Origin: Octopus sinensis
Taxonomy: Eukaryota
Assembly (NCBI RefSeq): GCF_006345805.1
Contig: NC_043011.1
Span: forward strand, 35,166,464 to 35,230,463
Direction: 5' to 3'
Length of the DNA: 64,000 bases
Shown here: positions 42,006 to 54,830 of the stretch, piece after piece
Numbering within the stretch: position 1 is the stretch's first letter
Layout of the letters: every line of letters begins with the position of its first letter
Position numbers and translations under genes: made by a program
Notes under the pieces: generated by a model
Told to the model about the DNA's origin: nothing
The model's input: only the letters and a program-made list of their open reading frames with translations
Database searches by the model: none

Positions 42006-42331
42006 GACTAAATTTCTGTTACGTTTTTGGTCCCCTAAAGAAAACGGATAGAACATGCTTTCTGTGTTATGTCCCAAGAAGATTTTATATATTTTTTATA
42101 TATTTTTATATATTTTTTATGTATTTTTATATAATTTTTATGACGAAAAATGCGAGCGATGTATAAGTACGCAGGCAAAGCAGAGTTATAACAGAGTATT
42201 TCCCTTCATTTTTAACGGTATTTTTTCATAACGTTTTCAAATAGCCAGATAACCGAAGAGATGGTGTTGTGGATTTCCACTTCGGCATCTGAAACTCAGA
42301 GTTTTATCTTGACTACCGAGTAATGTAACAT

Positions 42332-42371
<40 letters not shown>

Positions 42372-42434
42372 TATTATATATATATATATATATATATATC
42401 TATATATACATATCATATATATTACATATCTCTA

Positions 42435-44430
42435 TCTCTATATATAAAACTGAAATGCGTTTTTAAACCGCTTGGTTCGCTTTCAATGCCACTACATCCC
42501 GTCCGATTCGCTCCTCAAATTTACAGGACATGTAGAATGAGGTGACGATGCGCGTGGGCTACCTTCAAATCCCTATCTTAAAAGGTGTGGTTGCTAGGGG
42601 CCATCTTCCTACCTCACCCTATTTCCTCCAGTACTCTGTCACTCCTCTCATTTCACAATGCACTACCGTTATTTAATGTAAAGTCTTCCTCAAATCACTC
42701 TGTAGCTATTTACTCTCTTCCAAGAAAATTTTCACTCACTCTATCTCTTACCTTCCTATACATTTTACTCATGTATCTATCAGCGTTCATGGACCGTAAC
42801 AAATATTACTCGCCATCCCCATCGCCATCGCATTCTATTGTCTACCTGTCAACACACACACACACACACCCACACACACAACACACATATATACATATAT
42901 CTAATATTATATTTTTATTTTTGTTTTTGTTTTTGGTTTTTTTAACTTTTCATTTCCTATTAGTGGTTTTATCTCTAATTTAATTTCTACAAACAACAGC
43001 GTGCACACACACACACACACACGCACCACCTATATTGTAGCCCCAGACACCCGAATGAAATCGGGTTCTCTTATCAAAATGTGAAAAGGGGTCTACAATT
43101 ATCATCGCCACAACTTATGTATGTCTTCCTCACTCACTCACTCTTTTCCTAATGATATTTATCATCGCCACCACCAACACACCACACACAATCTGGGCAA
43201 TCTTTCTCTTATAACAAATCATGTTTACATTGCAACGAACGTCTGCCACCTCCGCCGTCTCTATTTATTCTGCAATGACCAGAACTCGGGAAACTTAGTT
43301 TAGTGTTCTATAGTCTATGACCAGAACTCGGGAAACTTGGTTGAGTGTTCTATGGTCTATGACCAGAACTCGGGAAACTGTGCTTGACTGTTCTATGGTC
43401 TATGACCAGAAATCGGGAAACTTGGTTGAGTGTTCTATGGTCTATGACCAGAACTTGGGAACTTGGTTGTGTCCTCATCTTATAAAATGTGGCCCCAGTA
43501 GACCCAAATTAAATCGGGTTATATTACCAAAGTGAAAAGGGGTATAAATGGGGCTGGAAGGGGATTAAATTTTAAAGGAGCGGGGGGTTTAGCAATTCTC
43601 TGTTACATCAAGCTAAAAAATTTGCTCCAGCCTTTTAATCGTCAATGTGTTGCCGTCCATGATGAAGAAGTTTTCAATGCTTGCCATCGTGAGTCTACTC
43701 TGGGTCTGAGAAAGAATCAAGTCAAAACTTGGTTTTACGGATTTTCTTTTACATCAAGTTCAAACTTTTAACGCCAGCCGTTGAACTGTCAATACGTTGC
43801 TGTCCGTCGTTAAGAAATGCCAGCCATGGTGACTCTACTATCCTCAAATTCTATCCCTTCAAACTTTGGTTTCCAATATTTTATTATTTTTATTCAGCTC
43901 GCAAGTTCGTCTGTCCCTTTAAATGTTAGTGTTTTGCTGTCTGTCTTGAAGCAGACCTTTCCTTTGTAACTGCCTGATATTTATGATTGATCTTTCTAAA
44001 TATTTATTTCTAAACTACTCAAGATCTTTTGTTGTTTATAAATGGGAGAGAGATACATAAAGATAGAAGTAAGAGAAAGCGAGGGAGAGTCCGAGAGAAG
44101 GAAGAGTAGAGAGTGGGAAAGTGAAAGAGAAAGAGAAAGAACAAAGAGGGAGAATCATCATCATCATCATCATCATCATCGTTTAAACGTCCGTTTTCCG
44201 TGCTAGCACGGGTTGGACAGTTTACAGGGGTCTGGAAGCCAGAGCTGCACCAGGCTCCAGTCTGATCTGGCAGTGTTTCGACAGGTGATGCCCTTCTAAC
44301 GCCAACCACTCTGTGAGCGTAGTGGCTGCAATCCGCCACGTTCGGATAGTGCTTTTTACGTGCTGAAAGGAAGCAACAGAAAGTAACAACCACACTCTTA
44401 CCGCGCGTAGAGCGGGTCACCTTCAGCTAG
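42435..44430 (+). mobile_element. non-autonomous Helitron, copy 1
   Basis: A|TCTCTATATATAAAAC start, and a CCGCGCGTAGAGCGG hairpin followed by CTAG at 44427-44430. Confidence 0.85.
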
Positions 44431-46471
44431 TCTCTATATATATAAAACTGAAATGCGTTTTTAAACCGCTTGGTTCGCTTTCAATGCCACTAACATCCGT
44501 CCGATTCGCTCAAAATTTACAGGGACATGTAGAATGAGGTGACGATGCGCGTGGGCTACCTTACAAATCCCTATCTTAAAAAGGTGTGGTTGCTAGGGGC
44601 CATCTTCCTACCTCACCCTATTTCCTCCAGTACTCTGTCACTTCCTCTTCATTTCACAATGCAACTACCGTTATTAATGTAAAGTCTCCTCAAATCACTC
44701 TGTATCTATTTACTTCTCTCTCCAAGAAAATTTTCACTCACTCTATCTCTTACCTTCCTATACATTTTACTCATGTATCTATCAGCGTTCATGGACAGTA
44801 ACAAATATTACTCGCCATCCCCATCGCCATCGCATTCTATTGTCTACCTGTCAAACACACACACACACACGCACACACACATATATTCATATATCTAATA
44901 TATATTTGTATTTTATGTTTTTGTTTTTGGTTTTTTACTGTTTCATTTCCTATTAGTGGTTTTATCTCTAAGTAATTTCTACAGCGTGCACACACACACA
45001 CACACTATATGTAGCCCCAGTACACCCGAATGAAATCGGGTTCTCTTCATCAAAATGTGAAAAGGGGTCTACAATTATCATCGCCACAACTTATGTATGT
45101 CTTCCTCACTCACTCACTCTTCTTTTTTCCTAATGATAATTATCATCGCCACCACCACACCACCAACACACAATCTGGGCAATCTTTCTCTTATAACAAA
45201 TCATGTTTACATTGCAACGACGTCTGCCACCTCCGCCGTCTCTCTATTTTCTGCAAATGACCAGAACTCGGGAAACTTAGTTTAGTGTTCTATGGTCTAT
45301 GACCAGAACTCGGGAAACTTGCTTGACTGTTCTATGGTCTATGACCAGAAATCGGGAAACTTGGTTGAGTGTTCTATGGTCTATGACCAGAACTTGGGAA
45401 ACTTGGTTGTGTCCTCATCTTATAAAATGTGGCCCCAGTAGACCCAAATTAAATCGGGTTATATTAACCAAAATTGAAAAGGGGTATAAATGGGGCTGGA
45501 AGGGGATTAAAATTTAAAGGAGCGGGTTTTTAGCAATTTCTCTGTTACATCAAGCTAAAAAATTTGCTCCAGCCTTTTAATCGTCAATGTGTTGCCGTCC
45601 ATGATGAAGAAGTTTTCAATGCTTGCCATCGTGAGTCTACTGTCGTGAGAAAGAATCAAGTCAAAACTTGGTTTTTACGGATTTTCTTTTACATCAAGTT
45701 CAAACTTTTACGCCAGCCGTTGAACTGTCAATACGTTGCTGTCCGTCGTTAAGAAATGCCAGCCATGGTGACTCTACTATCCTCAAATTCTATCCTTTCA
45801 AACTTTGGTTTCCAATATTTTATTATTTTTATTCAGCTCGCAAGTTCGTCTGTCCCTTTTAAATGTTAGTGTTTTGCTGTCTGTCTTGAAGCAGACCTTT
45901 CCTTTGTAACTGCCTGATATTTATGATTGATCTTTCTAAATATTTTATTTCTAAACTTACTCAAGATCTTTTGTTGTTTATAAATGGGAGAGAGATACAT
46001 AAAGATAGAGAGTAAGAGAAAGCGAGGGAGAGTCCGAGAGAAAGGAAGAGTAAGAGAGTGGGAAAGTGAGAGAGAAAGGAGAAAGAAACAAAGAGGGAGA
46101 ATCATCATCATCATCGTTTAACGTCCGTTTCCGTGCTAGCACGGGTGGACAGTTTGACGGGGTCTGGAAGCCAGGAGGCTGCACCAGGCTCCAGTCTGAT
46201 CTGGCAGTGTTTCGACAGGTGGATGCCCTTCCTAACGCCAACCACTGTGAGCGTAGTGGGTGCTTTTTTCGTGCCGCCTGCACAGGTGCCAGGGGGGCTG
46301 GCAGCGGCACGCGATCAGTTGGTGCTTTTTACGTGCCACCAGCACAGAAGCCAGTCAAGGCGGCGCTGCAATCCGCCACGTTCGGATGGTGCTTTTTACG
46401 TGCTGAAAGGAAACAACAGAAAGTAACAACCACACTCTTACCCGCGCGTAGATCGGGTCACCTTCAGCTAG
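44431..46471 (+). mobile_element. non-autonomous Helitron, copy 2 (head-to-tail with copy 1)
   Basis: CTAG|TCTC junction at 44430/44431. Ends CTAG|T at 46471. The dimer sits between A and T with no TSD. Confidence 0.85.
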
Positions 46472-46519
46472 TATATATATATATATATATATAATATATA
46501 TACATATCATATATATATC

Positions 46520-46552
<33 letters not shown>

Positions 46553-46843
46553 GATATATATTATATATATATATATATACTATATATATATATATATATG
46601 TAAACATGTTTACGTAAACATTCAGGACGTGTTATATACACAAGTATTTGATATTACAGTGCATATTCCTTGTACATAATCACGGAGCTTTAAAGTTCCA
46701 TATATAGATAATAACAAACACGTAAATAACAAATGATCATTTCACTATATAACCATCTCGCCATATCTCTGAAGAATGATGACATATATTCGCATAGCAT
46801 ACCTTCATATATATATATGGTATATATTAATATATATATTATA

Positions 46844-46887
<44 letters not shown>

Positions 46888-47147
46888 GCACACATATATG
46901 TATGTATGCTTGTATGTGAAGTGAGAGTGTGTGTGAGATGTATCAGAGCTGTTTACTGCAAGACACGCATACGTGCCAAAGATATATGAAAAAAGTGTAT
47001 AACAAATCCCGATTTGATATAAATTGTTGATTTTTATGAGATTCAGCTGAAAGAGGTTTTGAAATATGTTATATATATGCTCTCATGAAATTGCATGTAC
47101 GATGTACTTTACACGTATAAAATACACACACCACACACCACGCAAGC

Positions 47148-47197
<50 letters not shown>

Positions 47198-47200
<3 letters not shown>

Positions 47201-47361
47201 CCTCTGTCTTCCCTTCTCCGGATCTTCCTTCTCCTATGTTTCCGACGAAGAGCTCCGCTCGAAACGTTCAACCCTCCTTCTTCCCTTCTTTCCTGAGCGT
47301 CCAATAATACTATATTTGTTCCACGTCCTCGCGTTGTGTTTTTTTTTGTGCTTTCTTGTTT

Positions 47362-47362
<1 letters not shown>
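47198..47362 (+). mobile_element. PLE 3' tail, family 2, with hammerhead-like motif at 47238-47272
   Basis: GTTT-CCGACGA-A-GAGC TCC GCTC-GAAA-CGT-T-CAAC. Flanked by (TA)n on both sides. Confidence 0.7.
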
Positions 47363-47417
<55 letters not shown>

Positions 47418-47441
47418 ATAATATATATATATATATATATA

Positions 47442-47475
<34 letters not shown>

Positions 47476-47514
47476 TATAGTGTCTATAGATAAGTGTGCA
47501 TGTATGTATACATT

Positions 47515-48019
47515 ACTCTTTTACTCTTTTACTCTTTTACTTGTTTCAGTCATTTGACTGTGGCCATGCTGGAGCACCGCCTTTAGTCGAGCATATCGAC
47601 CCCAAGAGTTATTCTTTGTATACCCAGTACTTCTATCGGTCTCCTTTGCCGAACCGTTAAGTTACGGGGACGTAAACATACCAGCATCGGTTGTCAAGCG
47701 ATGTTGGGTGGGGGCGAAACATACACATAAACAAACGCGAATACATATATATACATATATATATATTATATGTAGAAAAATACAAACTGGGACAAGAGCG
47801 TAAAACATTTAGAAGACGATACAAAAAACACGGACGGGACTTTATATATATATATACGGTGGGCTTCTTTCAATTTCCGTCTACCAAATCCACTCACAAG
47901 GCTTTGGTCGGCCTGAGGCTATAATAGAAGACACTTTCACAAGGTGCCACGCAGTGGGACTGAATCCGGAACCATGTGGTTGGTAAGCAAGCTACTTACC
48001 ACACAGCCACTCCTACGCC

Positions 48020-48020
<1 letters not shown>
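47515..48020 (-). mobile_element. SINE A with a short PLE-type tail fragment (about 47775-47845) in its microsatellite
   Basis: The insert AAATACAAACTGGGACAAGAGCGTAAAAC matches the arms at 59875-59905 and 60245-60275. Confidence 0.8.
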
Positions 48021-48055
<35 letters not shown>

Positions 48056-48109
48056 GTATATGGATAAATTCATACACAGACATAACCATAGACTCACAAA
48101 TATATAGAT

Positions 48110-48146
<37 letters not shown>

Positions 48147-48215
48147 GGGAGAGAAAACGAGACAGACAGATTTAGATGGCTATGCATATATTTATATATA
48201 TATATATTTATATAT

Positions 48216-48958
48216 ATAATTAATCAATATAGGGTGGCAAGGAAAATTTTGTAGAATTTTATTGCCACCAGCGGCCCAGTGGGAAAAAATTAAATAGTCA
48301 TAGACCATTTTTAAGTTCAACATTAACAATTAAGGACGGCCATAATAGGCCATTCACCACTAGAAATAACAGCCAAAGCTTCTACCGCAAATAAAGATTA
48401 ATTCCGTAAACAGGAGAAAATTAAAAAAACATTTACCCTGTAATTTCTTGTACGGTATACCCTTTCATCCGCTGTTTAATGGTAAACTAACCTGATTAAA
48501 TTAAATCAAGCCAATCTTCCATAAGCCCTCGGATTTTCAGCAAGAAATAGCTCAAGTCGGAACAGATATTTACACGAGGCATACCCAATCTTGCCAAGGC
48601 AATATCTGACCTAAAATTTTCAAATCGTCGCACTCGCGCCAAATTTATCGGCAGCAAATAAATATCAGCCGTCGATTCCATTACGGAATTAACCAAAAAA
48701 TTCATAATTAATCAATATAGGGTGGCAAGGAAAATTTTGTAGAATTTTATTGCCACCAGCGGCCCAGTGGGAAAAAATTAAATAGTCATAGACCATTTTT
48801 AAGTTCAACATTAACAATTAAGGAACGGCCATAATAGGCCATTCACCCACTAGAAATAACAGCCAAAGCTTCTACCGCAAATAAAGATTAATTCCGTAAA
48901 CAGGAGAAAATTAAAAAAACATTTACCCTGTAATTTCTTGTACGGTATGCCGTTTCAT
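48216..48958. repeat. 1.5-copy tandem duplication, 488-bp period
   Basis: 48216-48468 is nearly identical to 48704-48958. Flanked by (TA)n. Confidence 0.9.
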
Positions 48959-49499
48959 ATATATATATATTTATATATATATATTTATGAATGTATATGT
49001 ATTAGCATATAAATACGTGTATGTGTACATATGCATGTAAATATACTGACATGTATTTTTGAATAAGAGCATATGTACAAAATATATGTCTCTGTGTATG
49101 TATATATATATGTGTGTGTGTATATATGTGTATACATATGTGTATATATATGTGTGTGTATGTATATATGTGTGTGTGTGTGTTTGTAGATATATATGTA
49201 TACATATATATATGCATATCTCTATGCGTGTCTGTATACATATATATATATGTACGTCTGTATATGTGTATGGGTGTATGTATGTGTGTGTATATACGCA
49301 TGTATGTATGTGTGTGTATCTATGTGTATATGTATATATATACATAATATCTAAATATTTATGAAGTTGTGGAATGTTACCTTGAAATAATAAACCGATA
49401 TTGTTTCTTTTTGCCAGTTTTTGTCTTACTTTCTTGAACTTTCACACTCGTTCATTTATCTTTCCTTTTTTAAGTACGTGGCGCCACCTATCACATGTC

Positions 49500-50115
49500 A
49501 TGGCTTTTGTTCTTGTTCTTGTTCTTGTTCTTGTTCTCTTCTTCTTCTTCTTGTTCTTCTTCTTCTTCTTCTTCTTCTTCTCCTTCTTCTTCTTCTACTA
49601 CTACTACTACTCCTGCTCCCTCTCCATCCTCCAACCCCCTCATCATCATTATCTCTACTACTACTACTACTACTATTGTTACTACCACTACTATTACTAC
49701 TGCTGCTACTATTATTGTTGTTATTATTATTATTTTTATTATTTTTATTATTATTTTTATTATTTTTATTATTATTTATATTATTATTTATATTATTATT
49801 ATTATCATTATTATCATTATTCGTCCGACTTCGAGATATCGATCAAAAACTAATTATCAAGTTTCGAGAGTATACACATACTTCCCACCCCACCCACACG
49901 CACCCCCTCCCCATGAAATATATTAAATTAAAATTGAACAAAATCTAAGAACGAACACCAATCGCCATTTCATTACAGAACCAAGGACGGGATATAGCAG
50001 AACTGGGTGCAGTTTTATTTCCTTGGGCATCATAATTTAGCTGCTGCTGCCACTACTATTTCTACTACTACTACTACTACTACTACTACAACTACTACTA
50101 CTACTACTACTACTG

Positions 50116-50206
<91 letters not shown>
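49500..50206. repeat. compound tri- and hexanucleotide arrays (TTGTTC, TTC, CTA, TTA, CTG)
   Basis: Directly visible. Confidence 0.9.
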
Positions 50207-50207
<1 letters not shown>

Positions 50208-51120
50208 TTATGTTTGACTCCGAGTCTCACCCAGAGACCTCAAGAGAAACAAGTTAGAAGTTCATGTTGGTTATGCCTATGGTGCCATATATTTGGTTTT
50301 GTACATAGTGTTGTTCTAGAGAATGTTTAAGAAACCATAAGTAAATTATGTTTGTTTTAAAATTTTAGATTACATAGACAGTATTTTACGTAGGTTATGG
50401 TCAGTTCCCATGAGCACTATCTTTTGAATTTCTGCCATTTTGGGGTTTCCTAGTATCTGAGCTAGGTAGCACTCAGCCCCTTTTGCTTTCATTCCTACGG
50501 TACCTATGACAACAGGTATTGTTTTAGTCTTCAGGTCCCACATTTTGCTAATTTCTATTTCAAGGTCTTTATACTAACTCAGATTTAAGTAGGTCTTGAC
50601 AGATACGTTTATATCAATTGGGACAGTCATATCAATGAGGAGGCATGATTTTTGTCTGATGTCTTTCAATATGATGTCTGGCTGATTTGCATCTTTCTGT
50701 TGGTTTGAATGGTGAAGTTCCAGAGGAGTGAGATGTGATCATTTTCAAGCACTGGGGGTGGTTTGTATTCCAACCAGTTTTTATCATGGGGCAAATCCAG
50801 GTTTTTGCAAATTACCCAGTGAATATATTGTGCAGCTCTATCATGCCTGTTGAGATACTCTGTAGGCGCAAGAAAACTGCACATGGAGACAACATGATCA
50901 ATGGTCTCATTTTATTGTTGACGTCGTTCTTTAACATGTTGGCCTGGTAGTTCCTTGTAGGTAGGCATTGATGTTGGGCTGCTGTGATAAACCCTTCTGT
51001 TTCTGATTTTAAGCCAGAAGCCATTTGCCAGTGATGGGTAAGGGCTTTGTCAACATCGGCATTATTCGTTCTCTTTGGGTATTTGCCATTGAGAGGTTTT
51101 TCTTGCCATTTATCAGCCAG
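50207..51120 (-). mobile_element. 5'-truncated R4/Dong-like element, decayed
   Basis: Minus frames read KWQEKPLNGKY..SGLKSETEGFITAAQ..RHDRAAQYIHW..RPDII..LIDMTVP..YKDLEIEI..QKIVLMGT. Bounded by (TAT)n on both sides. Confidence 0.88.
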
Positions 51121-51139
51121 AATTATTATTATTATTATT

Positions 51140-51575
51140 ATTTGTTTGCTGCTGTAGCGAAAGGGGTAGTATGGTGGACCTGTTTGAAAGGGCCGAAGAC
51201 AGACATTTTCCTCTTTGGCCATACCCTCATCAACTTTTTCAATTTGTGGTACGTTTGTTGAAAGGTGGGTGAATATTGGAAGAATGACCAGTGTGAAAGG
51301 ACCAATTCTACGTGTGCTCCTGTAAAAAAAGGCGGGAGAATTAAAGTAGAAGGGCTCTTGCTCTGTTGATCAGGCAACCGTGGCTCTTCTGGGTTTTTTC
51401 ACGAGGACCTTAAAGCGCCTCCCCTATGGGGAGTTTTAATTTGTTCAATTTTAATTATTATTTATATTGTTTACACGCTGAAAAACAGATTGTACCGTCC
51501 TGTTTTTGTCTTTTATGTTGTAGCATGGCATTTAATGTTGCTTTATGTGAGCCCTTGTGGCTCATAAAAGAATGA
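51140..51575 (+). mobile_element. Tx1/L1-like LINE 3' end
   Basis: Reads AKGVVWWTCLKG..LINFF and FVERWVNIGRMTSVKGPILRVLL*. The 3' UTR ends GAGCCCTTGTGGCTCATAAAAGAA followed by (TAT)n. Confidence 0.55.
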
Positions 51576-51634
<59 letters not shown>

Positions 51635-52151
51635 AATTCCGCCGAGGTCGACTTTGCCTTTCATCTTTTCGGGGTCGATAGATTAAGTACCAGTTGAGTA
51701 CTGGGGTCGATGTAATCGACTTATTCCCTTTCCCCAAAATTTCATGCCTTGCGACTGTTGTAGAAAATATTATCATTATTATTATTATTATTATTATTAT
51801 TGTTCTTGTTGTTGTTGTTGGTTGCTCGTTATAAATCACGTGTTGAATGAATTGTTGCTATACAAAGTAGATTTAATCCTTCGGTGTCGGCGCCAAACTA
51901 TAAGGCATCAAATATTAGAACCCCACACCTGACCTCATCACTATCACTACCACCATCACCGCCACGACGACGACAACGATGACGACCCCCACCCCCACCA
52001 ACACCTCCACCCCACCTCCACCATTACTAGCTTTTTATTGTGGAAATTCTATAGTTTCACTCAATCAAATATAGATATGAATGACTTTTTGTGAAAAATA
52101 ACGAAAATCAACGAAATATCGTATTAAAATTTTTTTTATTATTGTTGTTGC

Positions 52152-52244
<93 letters not shown>

Positions 52245-52870
52245 CATATAAATTATTATTATTATTGTTATTGTCATTCTTATTGTTGTTGTTAGTGGTG
52301 GTGGTCCTTATCGCCGTTGTGATGGTGGTGGCAGTTGTGAGGGTGTTATAGTTGAGATTTTTATTACCACCACCATCACAACCACCACCGCCATTATCAT
52401 CATTATCATCAGTAGCAGCAGCAGCAGCAGCAACACCACCTATACCACTACCGTCACCGTAACCACCCTCGACGTCACCATCACCACCAGCACAGACATT
52501 ATCATCGTCGTCATCGAGATAATTATCATCGTCGTCGTCATCATCATCATCATCCTCATCATCATAATCATCATCATCATCAATATCATCATCAACCTGG
52601 TCGTCATCACCATCATCATCACCATCACCATCATCATCATCATCATCATCATCGTCATTATCAACCTGATCATCATCACCATCATCATCATCCTGTCACC
52701 ACCACCACCACTACCACTACCACCAACATTATTATTAATATTATTGTTATTATTGTTATTATTATTATATTATTATTATTATCATCATCATCATCACCAT
52801 CATCATCATTATTATTATTAGTATTATCATCATCATTATCATCCAATGTGCTATTTATTTTCTTCCTCAT
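51575..52870. repeat. (TAT)n/(CAT)n/(CAC)n trinucleotide field with a truncated SINE B at 51631-51770
   Basis: Directly visible. Confidence 0.9.
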
Positions 52871-53289
52871 TTTGCTCCTAAATATTGTGGCTTTGGTCTT
52901 GTAAGCTATCCATCATTCCGAAATGTTTGTTTTCGAGAAAGTAATTTTCTTTTTAGATTAGATGTGTTATGTTTACTTGCTTATCCACCCCTCCCCTCAT
53001 ACATCACCATCCCTCACACATCACCAATACATGCTTTATAAACTCTGTCACGGGGGTTTCCATGCAACCACTCCAGCTGCAAGAAAAAGCAGCAAAAATC
53101 ACCCAAATCATTATTTGCTGTTTCAAGATAAAACGAGGTACATATTAATCAGTTTCGTCCTCGATGTAGAAATTTATCACCGCGATGGTCACTTTTGGAG
53201 TGTTTTGATCTATCCGAGCTGTCGTGTAGGTTAAGTAACAAAAACGTTTTTAATATGGAGCTAGTGTTAAGGCGGCGAGCTGGCAGAAA

Positions 53290-54830
53290 TGTTAGCACGC
53301 TGAGTGAAATGTTTAGCGATATTTCCTCTGTTCTGAGTTCAAATTCCACCGAGGGCAACTTTGCCTTTTATACTTTCGGGGTCGATAAATTAAGTACCGG
53401 TTGCGTACTGGGGTCGATCTAATCGATTGGCCTCTCCCCAAAAGTTTCGGGCCTTGTGCCTAGGGTAAAAAAGAATATTTTTCTTCTACAAAGGCGGCGA
53501 GCAGGCAGGAACGTTAGCACGTCGGGCGAAATGCTTAGCGGTATTTAGTCTGCCGATTCGTTCTGAGTTCAAATTCCGCCGAGGTCGACTTTGCCTTTCA
53601 TCCTTTCGGGATCGATAAATTAAATACCAGTTACGCACTGAAGTCGATATAATCGACTTAATCCGTTTGTCTGTCCTTATTTTCCTTCCTGTGTTTAGCC
53701 ATTTGTGGGTAGTAAAGAAATAGGTATTTCGTCTGTCTTTACGTTCTGAGTTCAAATTCCGCCAAGGTCGACTTTGCATTTCATCTTTTCGGGGTCGATA
53801 AATTAAGTAACAGTTACGCACTGGGGTCGATGTAATCGACTTAATACCTATGTCTGTCCTTGTTTGTCCCCTCTATGTTTAGCCCCTTGTGGGTAATAAA
53901 AAAAAATAAGGAACGTTAGCACGCCGTGTGAAATACTTAGCGATATTTCGTCTGTCTTTACGTTCTGAGTTCAAATTCCACCGAGGTCGACTTTGCCTTT
54001 CATCCTTGTGCCTAGAGCAGAAAAGAATATAGAGCCTATTGTTGGTGTTCCTGTGTGATCAACTGACATGCTAGAAATAGGAAGTGTGACGACCCTAATC
54101 ATTACTTCAAAACATGACACCAACATCTCTGATGCTAGTCTCTGATTTAACTGGATGCCACAGAAATTGTCTATGGGCCGCTGTCTACAGTTACGGATCC
54201 CTAGCGAAACCATTGAAATATCAGAGGGACATCTGCCGGTGGGGAATTGTATACCATAAGCAGGTGATGATCTCTTCAAATTTGGTTGGCAATCACCTTA
54301 CGCGGCCGTACAAAATGAAACAAACATTATACTATAACCAACACTGTAACATAATGATGCAATGACATGCTCACTTATATTTGTTGGTTTGAAGATGCTG
54401 GCTTCATAATTTGTAGCTCGGATTAAGGCAGTAATCTGGCAGAAACGTTAGCACGCCGGACGAAATGCTTAGCGGCATTTCGTCTCTCTTTATGTACTGA
54501 GGGATCGACTTAGCTTTTCATCTCTTCGGGGTCGACGAAATAAGTACTAGTTGAGCACTGTGGTCGATCTAATCGAAATACGCCTTTCTTGAAATTGCTG
54601 GCCTTGTGCCAGAATTCGAAATCAGTATTACTATTGTTTCAAGGCGGCGAGCTGGCAGATCGTTAGCGTATCAAACAAAGTGCTTAGCGGTATTTCGTCC
54701 GTCTTTACGTTCTGGTTTCAAATTCCGCCGGGGTCGACATTACCTTTCATCCTTTCGGGATCGATAAAATAAGTACCAGTTGAGTACTAGGGTCGATGTA
54801 ATCGAAAAATCCACACCCCTTGAAATTACC
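53290..54830 (+). mobile_element. SINE B cluster (53290-53475; multimer 53490-54030; 54405-54625; 54641-54830)
   Basis: Repeated B heads and cores with two alternative tails: AGCCCCTTGTGGG..AAAGAAATA and GGCCTTGTGCC..AAAGAATATT. Confidence 0.88.

Noticed and set aside
43275-43470. CRISPR-like regular repeats
   Set aside because: They are contiguous tandem units without unique spacers, in eukaryotic Helitron DNA.
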